This document shows, piece after piece, positions 1 through 8,288 of a stretch of DNA of 33,251 nucleotides. Each line of letters begins with the position of its first letter. The first letter of the stretch is position 1. The translations under genes were made by a program, and so were the position numbers. Source of the DNA: a virus (taxonomy: Duplodnaviria > Caudoviricetes); the IMG/VR virus record IMGVR_UViG_3300035016_000031; one strand, written 5' to 3'. Under the pieces are notes generated by a model. The model made no database searches. It was not told the DNA's origin and worked only from the letters and a program-made list of their open reading frames with translations.

Positions 1-774
1 ATGCTTACCAAGCGCATCATTCCTTGCTTAGACGTTGACCGCGGCCGTGTGGTGAAGGGCGTCAAGTTCTTCGATCACGTGGACGCCGGCGACCCGGTCG
101 AGCAGGCGAAGCGCTACCAGGAGCAGGGGGCCGACGAGCTGGTGTTCTACGACATCAGCGCCAGCCACGAGGGCCGCCAGATTATGGCCGACTTCGTGGC
201 GAAGGTGGTCGAGGTCATCTTCATGCCGCTGACGGTCGGTGGCGGCATTCGCACGCTGGATGATGCCACCCGGCTCATCCAGGCCGGCGCCGAAAAGGTC
301 AGCCTGAACTCGGCCGCCGTGAAGAACCCGGATCTGGTGTACCAGGTGGCCCGCAAGTTCGGCCGCTGCGCGACAGTTCTGGGTGTCGACGCCAATCGAG
401 TGAAGGGCGAGGACGGCCAGGAGCGTTGGCAGGTCTTCGTCAACGGTGGTCGGGTAAACACCGGTGTGGATGTGCTTGCCTGGTGTCGCCAGGCTGAAGC
501 GTTGGGCGCCGGCGAGATCGTCCTGAACGTGATGAACGCCGACGGCACGACCAGCGGCTACGACCTGGAGATGACCGCCGCCGTCAGCGACGCGGTGAAG
601 ATCCCGGTCGTCGCCAGCGGTGGCGCCGGATCACCGCAGCACATGCTCGACGTCCTTCAGGCTGGCCACGCCGACGCCGCGCTCGCCGCCAGCATCTTCC
701 ACTTCGGCACCTACACGGTAGGGCAGGTGAAGTCATTCCTGGCCGACCATCAAGTGCCGGTTCGCCTCACCTGA
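1..774 (+). CDS. hisF: Imidazole glycerol phosphate synthase cyclase subunit (host)
   Basis: MLTKRIIPCLDV...GRVVKG start, ADELVFYDI, PLTVGGGIR, GAGEIVLN..DGT..GYD, PVVASGGAG, ALAASIFH motifs. Confidence 0.97.
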   Translation: MLTKRIIPCLDVDRGRVVKGVKFFDHVDAGDPVEQAKRYQEQGADELVFYDISASHEGRQIMADFVAKVVEVIFMPLTVGGGIRTLDDATRLIQAGAEKVSLNSAAVKNPDLVYQVARKFGRCATVLGVDANRVKGEDGQERWQVFVNGGRVNTGVDVLAWCRQAEALGAGEIVLNVMNADGTTSGYDLEMTAAVSDAVKIPVVASGGAGSPQHMLDVLQAGHADAALAASIFHFGTYTVGQVKSFLADHQVPVRLT

Positions 775-920
775 CACCGCCCGCCTGCAGGCTCTTCCAC
801 GGGCTCCATCGATCCTGAGGACCCGCTCGCCTCGCCCGCAGAAAATGCGCGGTTGTCGTCATGCCGTGCGAACCACGGGTGCGCGTCAGCGTATTAATGG
901 TGTAACGATCTCCTTCCCTG

Positions 921-962
921 GGCGGCGTGGCGTGCCGAGAGTGCCACGCCGCCTCTTTGTTT
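921..962 (+). terminator. Intrinsic terminator downstream of hisF; contains attL core
   Basis: GGCGGCGTGGC (921-931) / GCCACGCCGCC (943-953) stem followed by TCTTTGTTT. Confidence 0.8.
934..962 (+). repeat. attL core (29-bp direct repeat)
   Basis: GCCGAGAGTGCCACGCCGCCTCTTTGTTT identical at 32698-32726; adjacent to the integrase gene. Confidence 0.95.
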
Positions 963-1022
963 ACACACCTAAAGCCATTAAATAGAGCTACTTACAAACG
1001 GATTGATTTTCGTCTATAAGTT

Positions 1023-1055
1023 ATTTCTTGGCACATTATTTGGCAGAATCTGGCA
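1023..1055 (+). promoter_or_regulatory. Putative integrase arm-type sites (left)
   Basis: TGGCA at 1029, 1041, 1051; ATTTCTTGGCA and TTTGGCAGA also occur at the right end. Confidence 0.65.
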
Positions 1056-1086
1056 TACCGAACAGATAACCCGTATTTTCGTCGGC

Positions 1087-2487
1087 ATGAAGCACTCGAC
1101 CAAAGGCCGTCCAAGCAAGAGCTACACGACTAAATCGGGGGATGAAATCAGCGGCCTTTACCGTCGTGGTGATGGCCGATGGATCGACAAGGCAACGGGT
1201 AAGACTTGGACCGAACCCGACGAGGCCAAAGCCGTCGCTCAGTTCCTGCGAGCGAAAGAGAAACGCAACTCAATTTCGTTGCCCGGCAAGGCTGCACCGA
1301 CACCTCGACGCCGGGGCCGGTTCGGTGCTGGCTTGTCGTCGATGATCGGGGCAGAGGGTGGCACCGTCAGCATCACGTCAGGAGGCCAGACAGCCGAAAA
1401 GGTTTTCGAGCCTCATCCAAACTTTGGCAAGGTCGAGGTCGATTCGGTCGAGTTTTGGAGCTACGTCACCGAGCTTTTCCTGCACCGGCCTCACTACGTC
1501 GCCGAACGCACCGGCATTCCTCAACTGGCCACCTACCAAGATATGCCGATGCCCGGCAGAGCGCCGACGATTGCGGCGTTGCTGGAATGGTACGGGCAGA
1601 AGAAAGTCAAACCCGGCAGCCACCGCCGGGCAAAGCAGGTCATCGGCGAATTCGTTAAGGCCACGAAAGTCACGACGGTGCGTGACATCGACCACGAGGC
1701 ACTGACGGCGTTCAAGGCATTCGTCGGCAAGTTCAAAAACGAGACGCAGCGGGGTTACTACCGAATGCTAAAGGCCGTCATCTCGTGGGGCCTTAAAGGG
1801 CCGTTCGACGAGACATCGATTCGAGGTTGTCTCGACCGCCTCGCTAAGCTGCACACCGAAGGTCAGCGAACACCGTTGGACCCGAACCCGATTACGCCTG
1901 CCGAGTTTCGCAAGCTCGTCGGCGGTGCCGATTACACGATGCGTGCGTATCTGCTCCTGAGCCTCAACTGCTGCATGTACAACTCTGAGGCCCTTAGCAT
2001 CGAATGGGATGAGATCGACCTAGAGCAAGGGGTATTCGCCAGCCGTCGAGGCAAGACGGGGATTCGTCGTGCCGCTACCCTCTGGCCCGAAACCGTCGAG
2101 GCCGTGAAGGCTATCGAGCGTCGTGCTGCCAGCCCGTACATGTTCACCAGTTCGCACGGCTCCCGATTCAACGTAACGAGTTTCGGCAAGCGGTTCGTTC
2201 GGTTGCGTAAGGCCGTTAAGGTCGAGGTCGAGCACAATCAGATTCGTGACGGGGCGTATACGGCAGCAGTCGAGGCCGGGGTGCCGCTCGCTACCTGTCA
2301 GTTCCTCGCAGGTCACAAGATGGCGGGGCAGGTCGATAACTACGTTGCTCGTGCCCCGAAGATGGTACGAGGGGCCTGTGATGCCGTTCGTGCGGCCTAC
2401 GCCCCGTTCCCGGCATCGGTGCCAGCGGTCAAGATCGGCCCGGCGGTTGGCAGTAAGTACCAACCTCGTAAACTCGCTACCGTGTGA
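1087..2487 (+). CDS. int: Tyrosine recombinase / phage integrase with atypical box I
   Basis: LLLSLNCCMYNSE..IEWDEID, RRGKTG, HNQIRD, FLAGH...NY; next to attL; ATG 1087 preferred over TTG 1003, which overlaps the arm sites. Confidence 0.88.
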   Translation: MKHSTKGRPSKSYTTKSGDEISGLYRRGDGRWIDKATGKTWTEPDEAKAVAQFLRAKEKRNSISLPGKAAPTPRRRGRFGAGLSSMIGAEGGTVSITSGGQTAEKVFEPHPNFGKVEVDSVEFWSYVTELFLHRPHYVAERTGIPQLATYQDMPMPGRAPTIAALLEWYGQKKVKPGSHRRAKQVIGEFVKATKVTTVRDIDHEALTAFKAFVGKFKNETQRGYYRMLKAVISWGLKGPFDETSIRGCLDRLAKLHTEGQRTPLDPNPITPAEFRKLVGGADYTMRAYLLLSLNCCMYNSEALSIEWDEIDLEQGVFASRRGKTGIRRAATLWPETVEAVKAIERRAASPYMFTSSHGSRFNVTSFGKRFVRLRKAVKVEVEHNQIRDGAYTAAVEAGVPLATCQFLAGHKMAGQVDNYVARAPKMVRGACDAVRAAYAPFPASVPAVKIGPAVGSKYQPRKLATV

Positions 2488-2549
2488 GCCGTAGGAGCCA
2501 CGCAGGGCGACGACAACGCAACGGGCCTACGACGAGGCCCATTAACGAG

Positions 2550-2582
2550 AAAAGGCCGCAGGAATCGCTCCTGCGGCCTTCT
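2550..2582 (-). terminator. Terminator between int and the convergent leftward operon
   Basis: AAGGCCGCAGGA (2552-2563) / TCCTGCGGCCTT (2569-2580); A-run on the left gives a minus-strand U tract. Confidence 0.75.
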
Positions 2583-2605
2583 GCGTTGAAAAATTTAGAA
2601 CGCCC

Positions 2606-2797
2606 TCACTTAGCCGTCATCCTCCCGATGCCGAAGATCAGGAGCGAGACGAGCAGCAGCACGATACCGATGCCGAGCGTACGAGCCGCAGGCCCACCGG
2701 CGACGGCATCGGGCGACGACGACAGCCAACCGCCGATGATCGCAATCAGGAGCGAAACAAACGAAGCGACTAGACCGACCTTTTGCAACGAGTTCAT
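2606..2797 (-). CDS. Small 2-TM membrane protein (63 aa)
   Basis: ATG at 2797 with GAGGAG RBS; two hydrophobic segments. Confidence 0.65.
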   Translation of the reverse strand: MNSLQKVGLVASFVSLLIAIIGGWLSSSPDAVAGGPAARTLGIGIVLLLVSLLIFGIGRMTAK

Positions 2798-2884
2798 CTG
2801 ACTTCTCCTCTGTCGCTCGTGACCTCGACGACAACGAGCCGTCGAGGCCACGAGCGTTGTTAATTCTTCAAACACAACCAATGG

Positions 2885-3307
2885 CTACCGACATTCCCGC
2901 AGCGGCTTAGGCGTCCAATAGAGGTCAAGCTCGACAGGGGAGCCGACAAGCTCGCAGATGGGTATGTAGCCGAGTTCCCCGCCATCGCCGAAAAGATCGG
3001 CAAGGCCGAAAGCCTGCTCGGTGCCGCCATCGCAATCCTTTTCAGTAATCCACCAATTCATCCTGCCGGGGCCGAAGTAGTGCAGATGGGCGACGGCATC
3101 CATTCCCTTACCGTCCTGCTCGTACGTCTTCGGCATCGTGGCGATGCGTTCGGCAAGCTCGATGAGGGTGTCGGCGATGCCTTCCCGCTCCTCGCCTCGT
3201 AGGAGGTCAGTAAGAACCCGCCGCTGCGTGTTAGGGATGTATCGACCTAGATCGCCCTGCAAAAGTTTCAACGCCTCAGCGGGGCGGGTAACGGTGTTCG
3301 TGCTCAT
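2885..3307 (-). CDS. DUF2958-like protein
   Basis: HLHYF..WWITEKD...AFGLADL...GELGYIPICEL resembles the DUF2958 pattern; AGGAG RBS. Confidence 0.65.
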   Translation of the reverse strand: MSTNTVTRPAEALKLLQGDLGRYIPNTQRRVLTDLLRGEEREGIADTLIELAERIATMPKTYEQDGKGMDAVAHLHYFGPGRMNWWITEKDCDGGTEQAFGLADLFGDGGELGYIPICELVGSPVELDLYWTPKPLRECR

Positions 3308-3420
3308 ATCGTTTCTCCTATCTCGTAACTATCGGCTCACGACGAGCGAGCCGATAGTTACGTCAATTGCGATGCCTGTAGAGACAACGATACGATGCGA
3401 AAAGAAACACTGCCAGCCCG

Positions 3421-3996
3421 TTAATCCCCGTCGAACTCCTCGACCGTGCTACGGGGGTAATAACCACCGAGCGACCGGCTGTACCGTTCGCCACGTTTCG
3501 ACGCCGCTGCCGACTCCGCCAGACGATCACGCTTAAACTTTTCCCGTCGCTCGATAGTCGCCTTAGCCCAATCGACCCATTGAGCAGTGATGTCTGCTCT
3601 ATCATCAGCATCACACTGATATCCTTGCCCACGTTCGATCTCAACCACGGCGGCACGTATCGCATTCTCGCAAGGCACGAGCCGAGCGGTCACGGCCTCT
3701 GCCCAACCGGGTGTATCCCAATTGCCCCGATGCCAGATGATTTGTACGCCACCGCTTAGCAGGGACGACATCGCCCATGATTCAATCGCTGACTCGATGC
3801 GACAGTATTCGGCGTTGTCCTCGTCGCCGAACATCCTTTTCCCGGCTACGTGGCCAACCAAGCCGGTTGCTTGGTTGTATCCCCTCCTGTAGATGCGATC
3901 CTCCCCTGCTAAGCCGGCAGCTACATCGACAACCCGGCCATCTTTCAGCACAAAGGTAGTAGCGGGGCAGGGAGCCAAAGTATTTAGTTTGTTCAT
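3421..3996 (-). CDS. Hypothetical phage protein
   Basis: 191-aa ORF with GAGG RBS in the leftward operon. Confidence 0.6.
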   Translation of the reverse strand: MNKLNTLAPCPATTFVLKDGRVVDVAAGLAGEDRIYRRGYNQATGLVGHVAGKRMFGDEDNAEYCRIESAIESWAMSSLLSGGVQIIWHRGNWDTPGWAEAVTARLVPCENAIRAAVVEIERGQGYQCDADDRADITAQWVDWAKATIERREKFKRDRLAESAAASKRGERYSRSLGGYYPRSTVEEFDGD

Positions 3997-4014
3997 GGTT
4001 TTACCTCAGTTTGG

Positions 4015-4359
4015 TTAGACGTTCGTAGGAACCTCGTACTGTTTACGCCACAGCCTCAACAGCTTGCGACGGGCAGCGGTGCGATCAACAGGCAGGCCGA
4101 ACTGATCGCCCTTTAGCTGCTTATACCCTTGAACATAACCGCCGCTTTCACGACCCTCGCAATAGGACCACAGGCCCTCGTAGTGCGAGTTCGTGCAGTA
4201 GATGGCGTAGACGCCGGCGACGGCACCCGTGACATGATCGACGCTCAACTCTAGTTCCTCCCACGTCCAACCACCGATGCCCTTACCGTAACCGCCGGGC
4301 CAAAGGTTATTGATCGGCCTCTCGACTATTGCGCCATATACTCCGTAAGCCTTACGCAT
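4015..4359 (-). CDS. Hypothetical phage protein
   Basis: ATG at 4359 (MRKAYG) preceded by AGGAG. Confidence 0.55.
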   Translation of the reverse strand: MRKAYGVYGAIVERPINNLWPGGYGKGIGGWTWEELELSVDHVTGAVAGVYAIYCTNSHYEGLWSYCEGRESGGYVQGYKQLKGDQFGLPVDRTAARRKLLRLWRKQYEVPTNV

Positions 4360-4500
4360 TTTTGGACTCCTATAAAGAAAGGCCGATGCCGCCACCCGTA
4401 ACGTGACGACACCGACCTCCTCAAACGGCCATCCATGACCCAACAGATACAGTAATAGGGTTGGTTACGGCAACCCTGTTAGCTGATTCGACTGTACTAC

Positions 4501-4510
4501 GTATCTATGC
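4501..4510 (-). promoter_or_regulatory. Class-2 motif GCATAGATAC upstream of the leftward operon
   Basis: Same core as at 6101 and 10665, oriented with the downstream genes. Confidence 0.45.
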
Positions 4511-4710
4511 CTCGTAAAACCAAAACAGCCAGAAAAATTTCATGTTTCCTCAAATAGGGTTAGGAGCATCAGAATCGTGCTGTGCGTTATAAATTTGAGA
4601 AACGGGGCCGAAAGCTAAGTTTGAGAAACAAGTTTTACCGAAGTGAAAGTTAATAAGAGATTTTCTTCGCATGCCTTGGAAAATTGTGTTTTGAGGATAC
4701 TACGATAGGG

Positions 4711-5092
4711 AGAGAACTTTATAACTTTCAATAACTGCCCGCACGGCTAGTGCCTTTCGACCGAGATAAACGGCGGTCGATAGAACCGGGTGCAAAATGA
4801 GACTGCCCGCTATGCGAGAACCTCATCCACCAGTGAATACGAGTACCGAAGAGTAATCTTCGGGAAAGAACCCGGCGTAGTGACTCAGGGTTAATAGACA
4901 TCTCGACTACGTTAAAAAGTCAGAACTTTCCTACGGTGGATTAAGTAGGAGGGAGCCGTAAAGGCCGATGCAGCAGGTGAAGCGACGGGGGAAACACCGA
5001 TCACACACCGAGCGAACCTGTCTTAGTCGATCTTCCATTAACACTCTTTTCTTCAAAGGGTGGGAAGAGGCTAGGGCAGGTTCGCTCGGGGG
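4711..5092 (+). ncRNA. Candidate large structured non-coding RNA
   Basis: Nested stems, GNRA tetraloop hairpin, possible pseudoknot and an 82-nt hairpin with plus-strand G:U pairs; no convincing ORF. Confidence 0.5.
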
Positions 5093-5198
5093 TTACACTG
5101 AGAAGGATAGGACAAGTCTTGAATCTAATAGGACATACTACTTGTTAAGTAACTATTAATTTACTTAATTAAGGGAAGAGAACTTTAAGAAGGGGAGA

Positions 5199-5594
5199 AT
5201 GACTGAGGAGATTTGGAGACCAATCGAGTTTGAACACTACGAGGTAAGTAACTTTGGGAATGTCAGAAGTCTCAGGTTCAACAAGATACGCAGTCTTACT
5301 CAACAACAATCGAGTAATGGATACAACTACGTCAATTTCATGATAGACGGCAAGACGAGATTCAGGCTCGTACATCGTTTGGTTGCATGGGCATTCTTTG
5401 GTCCCTCGACGTTGGAAGTCAACCACCTGAACGGTATCAAGACCGACAACCGAATTGGAAATCTTGAATACTGTACTAGGATAGCCAACAAGCGGCACGC
5501 TATGTCGATTGGCTTATCCAAGGGTCATACGCACAAGCGAATGATTTGGCCCTCGATGTATATCGTTACGACAGACGATATTTTAGCGGCCTGA
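5199..5594 (+). CDS. NUMOD4-domain HNH endonuclease
   Basis: EEIWRPI..YEVSNFGNVRS (NUMOD4); VHRLVAWAF..VNHLNGIKTDNRIGNLEYCT (HNH). Confidence 0.9.
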   Translation: MTEEIWRPIEFEHYEVSNFGNVRSLRFNKIRSLTQQQSSNGYNYVNFMIDGKTRFRLVHRLVAWAFFGPSTLEVNHLNGIKTDNRIGNLEYCTRIANKRHAMSIGLSKGHTHKRMIWPSMYIVTTDDILAA

Positions 5595-5651
5595 AAAACA
5601 ACAAATTCAGAAGTGAAAGAACTGCCTCCTGCACTTCGTTAAACTATCGAG

Positions 5652-6008
5652 ATGAATCTCCTAGAAGACGACGAGACACTACGGGTGATGTTGCAGGAAC
5701 TCTCAGACCGATGCGGCAAGATGGTAACGTTCCTTCCCACCAAAGGGGTCGTAGGTGTACCCGGTGCGGAGTACCTTATGGCAATGGCCGTTAGTGCGTT
5801 CGCAGACGGTCAACCGTTGCCAATCGCCATTGAAGGGAAGCAGGACGGCCATCCTGATATCGTCGTGTGCGTGAGGGACGATGATCCTGATTTCGACGGC
5901 GTTGTCATCGTGCTCGCCACGCAGCAAGAGATACTGGACATCCTTAACGACAAGAAGATGCCGTTGGGCGGTAACAATCGCCTCACTGTACCGCCGCCGA
6001 CAGGTTGA
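5652..6008 (+). CDS. Hypothetical protein
   Basis: 118-aa acidic ORF ending before a terminator. Confidence 0.55.
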   Translation: MNLLEDDETLRVMLQELSDRCGKMVTFLPTKGVVGVPGAEYLMAMAVSAFADGQPLPIAIEGKQDGHPDIVVCVRDDDPDFDGVVIVLATQQEILDILNDKKMPLGGNNRLTVPPPTG

Positions 6009-6044
6009 GAAATTTAGAAACTCAGCGAACTGTTTGTTCGTACG

Positions 6045-6072
6045 GGTGGCTCATCGTGAGCCACCTTTTTTT
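6045..6072 (+). terminator. Intrinsic terminator
   Basis: GGTGGCTCA-TCG-TGAGCCACC followed by T7. Confidence 0.85.
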
Positions 6073-6091
6073 ATTTTCATTCAAGAATCAG

Positions 6092-6111
6092 AATCTGCGT
6101 CATAGATACTC
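6092..6111 (+). promoter_or_regulatory. Class-2 motif AATCTGCnnCATAGATACTC
   Basis: 18/20 identical to 10656-10675; lies just after a terminator and ~22 bp before a start codon. Confidence 0.6.
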
Positions 6112-6133
6112 TACTAGCACATAGGGGGTATCA

Positions 6134-6685
6134 ATGACAGCATATCAAGAACACGTAGACGAGACTTGGGCGACATCGCAGGAACTGAATGACAGGTACG
6201 TCATCCCGGCGATTTCTAAATTTCTCAACGCTCAGGTCATCAGCATCAACAAGCACGCCTCGTCACTTGAGGCGATGCTCGACCGCCGGGCCGGGTTGGA
6301 TGCCGTCGCCTGTTTCGGCGGGCAGGTTCATGGCCTTGGACTGAGGGCCAGCCACGGCACGTACAACAACTTTACGATTCGGTGGCGACGATCCACCGGC
6401 CTTGCCACTGAATTTCAAAAGCACAAGGCACACACGGGACTCAAACCGACTATCACGGTACAGGCGTACCTCGACGGGAGCATCCTGAGTCTCGGTGTTG
6501 CGGTTACTTCGAAACTTTACAAGTTCGCCGAGGACAACCTGCACGACGAGTGGGCCGTGCAGCGCAAGACGAATTACGATGGCGGGCGATTCCTATCGAT
6601 CAGGTGGCATCACCTCGAAAACATGAGTTGGTTTCGTCGCTTCGAAACTAATGTAGCACTACAGGAGGACAATGCATCTGAATGA
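6134..6685 (+). CDS. Hypothetical phage protein (possibly PD-(D/E)XK-like)
   Basis: 183-aa ORF, GGGGG RBS; nuclease fold is only a guess. Confidence 0.6.
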   Translation: MTAYQEHVDETWATSQELNDRYVIPAISKFLNAQVISINKHASSLEAMLDRRAGLDAVACFGGQVHGLGLRASHGTYNNFTIRWRRSTGLATEFQKHKAHTGLKPTITVQAYLDGSILSLGVAVTSKLYKFAEDNLHDEWAVQRKTNYDGGRFLSIRWHHLENMSWFRRFETNVALQEDNASE

Positions 6686-6881
6686 TGAAGAACTAACCGT
6701 AATACTACGATACGCCATGCTGAGGCTCGATGAGATCAATTCCCGGTTGTCGGCAGTAGAGCGACAGTTGCTAGGAGTTCACGCAGGCCAGGCTAAGGAC
6801 CACGAGGCCGTTGTCGCTGAGTGGTTCGAAGAGCCGCTGCGTGTCGAGGATCAACCCGATCAGTGGGGAAGCAACAACTAA
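6672..6881 (+). CDS. Small coiled-coil protein
   Basis: AGGAGG RBS; overlaps the upstream stop. Confidence 0.55.
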   Translation: MHLNDEELTVILRYAMLRLDEINSRLSAVERQLLGVHAGQAKDHEAVVAEWFEEPLRVEDQPDQWGSNN

Positions 6882-6889
6882 GGGGGGCG

Positions 6890-7093
6890 ATGGCGGCAGT
6901 ATATCGCATCGTTGACGGCCTTATTTTGTGCCGTGTCAACGGGGGGCCTGAGTTTTTGATCGCAGCGGCGACAGACGACGGCGAACTCAATGATGAGTTA
7001 ATCGAGGCGTTCAACGAGGGGGAGAGTGGGGAAGATAAACAGCAGGACCAAGGGGAAGCGGGGCGAACTGGAAGCGGCCAAGCGGCTCAATGA
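6890..7093 (+). CDS. Small hypothetical protein
   Basis: TAA-GGGGGG-cg-ATG junction; MAAVYRIVDG... Confidence 0.45.
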   Translation: MAAVYRIVDGLILCRVNGGPEFLIAAATDDGELNDELIEAFNEGESGEDKQQDQGEAGRTGSGQAAQ

Positions 7094-7376
7094 ACTCTTC
7101 GGCACCGACTGCCGACGTGGCCAGCAGTACAGCGGCGGCAACGGTGACGCCGATGTCGTCGGCCTGCCGGGGGTACATCTCGAAATCAAACGGGTGCAGA
7201 AGCTCAACATTGAGAACGCCGTCGAGCAGGCCGTCAGTGATGCCAAGGGCGATGCCGTACCTGTTGTCATGCATCGACGTGACCACGGCGAATGGCTCAT
7301 CACGGTGAAGCTCGACGACCTGAGCAGACTGTCATGGGCAGTGGTCGAGCTACAGGGATTGGGGGAAGGTGAATGA
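7026..7376 (+). CDS. Holliday junction resolvase (PD-(D/E)XK type)
   Basis: KGKRGELE, DADVVG..VHLEIKR, AVEQA..D, PVVMHRR...WLIT. Confidence 0.8.
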   Translation: MGKINSRTKGKRGELEAAKRLNELFGTDCRRGQQYSGGNGDADVVGLPGVHLEIKRVQKLNIENAVEQAVSDAKGDAVPVVMHRRDHGEWLITVKLDDLSRLSWAVVELQGLGEGE

Positions 7377-7866
7377 CGAACAGCAGAAGCTCTTCGACGA
7401 GAATCAGAACCTCGCCTACTACATCGCTCACAAGTGGTCTAGACGCAACGGCCTCGACATCGACGACTGCCGACAGGTCGCTCTAATCGCCCTGTGGCGA
7501 GCCGCACAGACGTACGTGGCAGGTGATACTCGCTTTGCTGTCTACGCATCCATCCTCATCGAGCGAAAGCTCATGTACGAGGCTGACAAACAAACTCGAT
7601 ATAAAAAGTACCTTGCCGCTGCTGCCGAACTCTGCACCGACGAGGCACCAACGCCGCCCGACATAGACTTCGACAGCTTCAACAAAGCGATAGCCGTACT
7701 CAACGACCGTCAGCGGTACATCATCGACGCTCGATACCGTCATGGGCTGACCTACCGAGCGATAGCTAAGACGCTCGGCGTATCACACCAAGCGGTACAG
7801 ATTTCTGCCGAAAAGGCACTCGCAAAGATGCGACGACGATTGGGGGTGCTCGATGACAACCGATGA
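7369..7866 (+). CDS. Small sigma-70-family RNA polymerase sigma factor
   Basis: Region 2 (NQNLAYYIA..DDCRQVALIALWRAAQTY...RFAVYA) and region 4 HTH (LNDRQRYII..RY...LTYRAIAKTLGVSHQAV). Confidence 0.85.
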   Translation: MNDEQQKLFDENQNLAYYIAHKWSRRNGLDIDDCRQVALIALWRAAQTYVAGDTRFAVYASILIERKLMYEADKQTRYKKYLAAAAELCTDEAPTPPDIDFDSFNKAIAVLNDRQRYIIDARYRHGLTYRAIAKTLGVSHQAVQISAEKALAKMRRRLGVLDDNR

Positions 7867-8281
7867 GCTAATGAGGATCGCCGACATCGTTATTAACAAG
7901 ATCAAACCTGATAGACGATACCGAGACGACTGTCATCAGGCGGCGCTGCTGGCAGGATGGCAGGCCCTATCTCGTAAGCATCGGGACAAAGCGACGAGCC
8001 GTGGCTATTTGTATCTATGCATGGCACAAGCGGCGTGGCGATGCTGGCGACGAGAGCAGCGGCACGAGGCCAACGTCGAGCTTGTTATCGAGATTCCCGT
8101 CGAGGATGCACCGCCGAATGAGACGTTACTCGACGATCCACGGCTGACCGACGACGAGCGACAACTGCTGAAGATGCATTACGTCGAGGGCCTGACCATC
8201 AGGCAGATCGGCAGCAGGAGCAGGACGCCAAAGAGCACAGTGCATTACCGACTGAGGCAGGCCGTCAGACGGCTCGTATAG
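7853..8281 (+). CDS. Second sigma-factor-like protein
   Basis: DDCHQAALLAGWQA (region-2-like); LTDDERQLLKMHYVEGLTIRQIG...KSTVHYRL (region 4). Confidence 0.7.
   Translation: MTTDELMRIADIVINKIKPDRRYRDDCHQAALLAGWQALSRKHRDKATSRGYLYLCMAQAAWRCWRREQRHEANVELVIEIPVEDAPPNETLLDDPRLTDDERQLLKMHYVEGLTIRQIGSRSRTPKSTVHYRLRQAVRRLV
7984..8013 (+). promoter_or_regulatory. Class-1 (late) promoter motif, copy 1
   Basis: GGACA (7984) ... GCTATTTGTA (8004). Confidence 0.6.
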
Positions 8282-8288
8282 GGGGACG

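Noticed and set aside
775-962. tRNA or tmRNA at the att site
   Set aside because: No cloverleaf, T-loop GTTCRA or CCA end
1003-1086. TTG-start N-terminal extension of the integrase
   Set aside because: Overlaps the arm-site repeats; ATG 1087 is more plausible
4968-5159. 63-aa ORF
   Set aside because: Lies across the long hairpin and AT-rich repeats, with no protein-like features
4711-5594. Group I/II intron or HEARO/IscB element
   Set aside because: No interrupted gene, no clear group I core or group II domain V, and the nuclease is NUMOD4-HNH with no RuvC motifs; left unassigned
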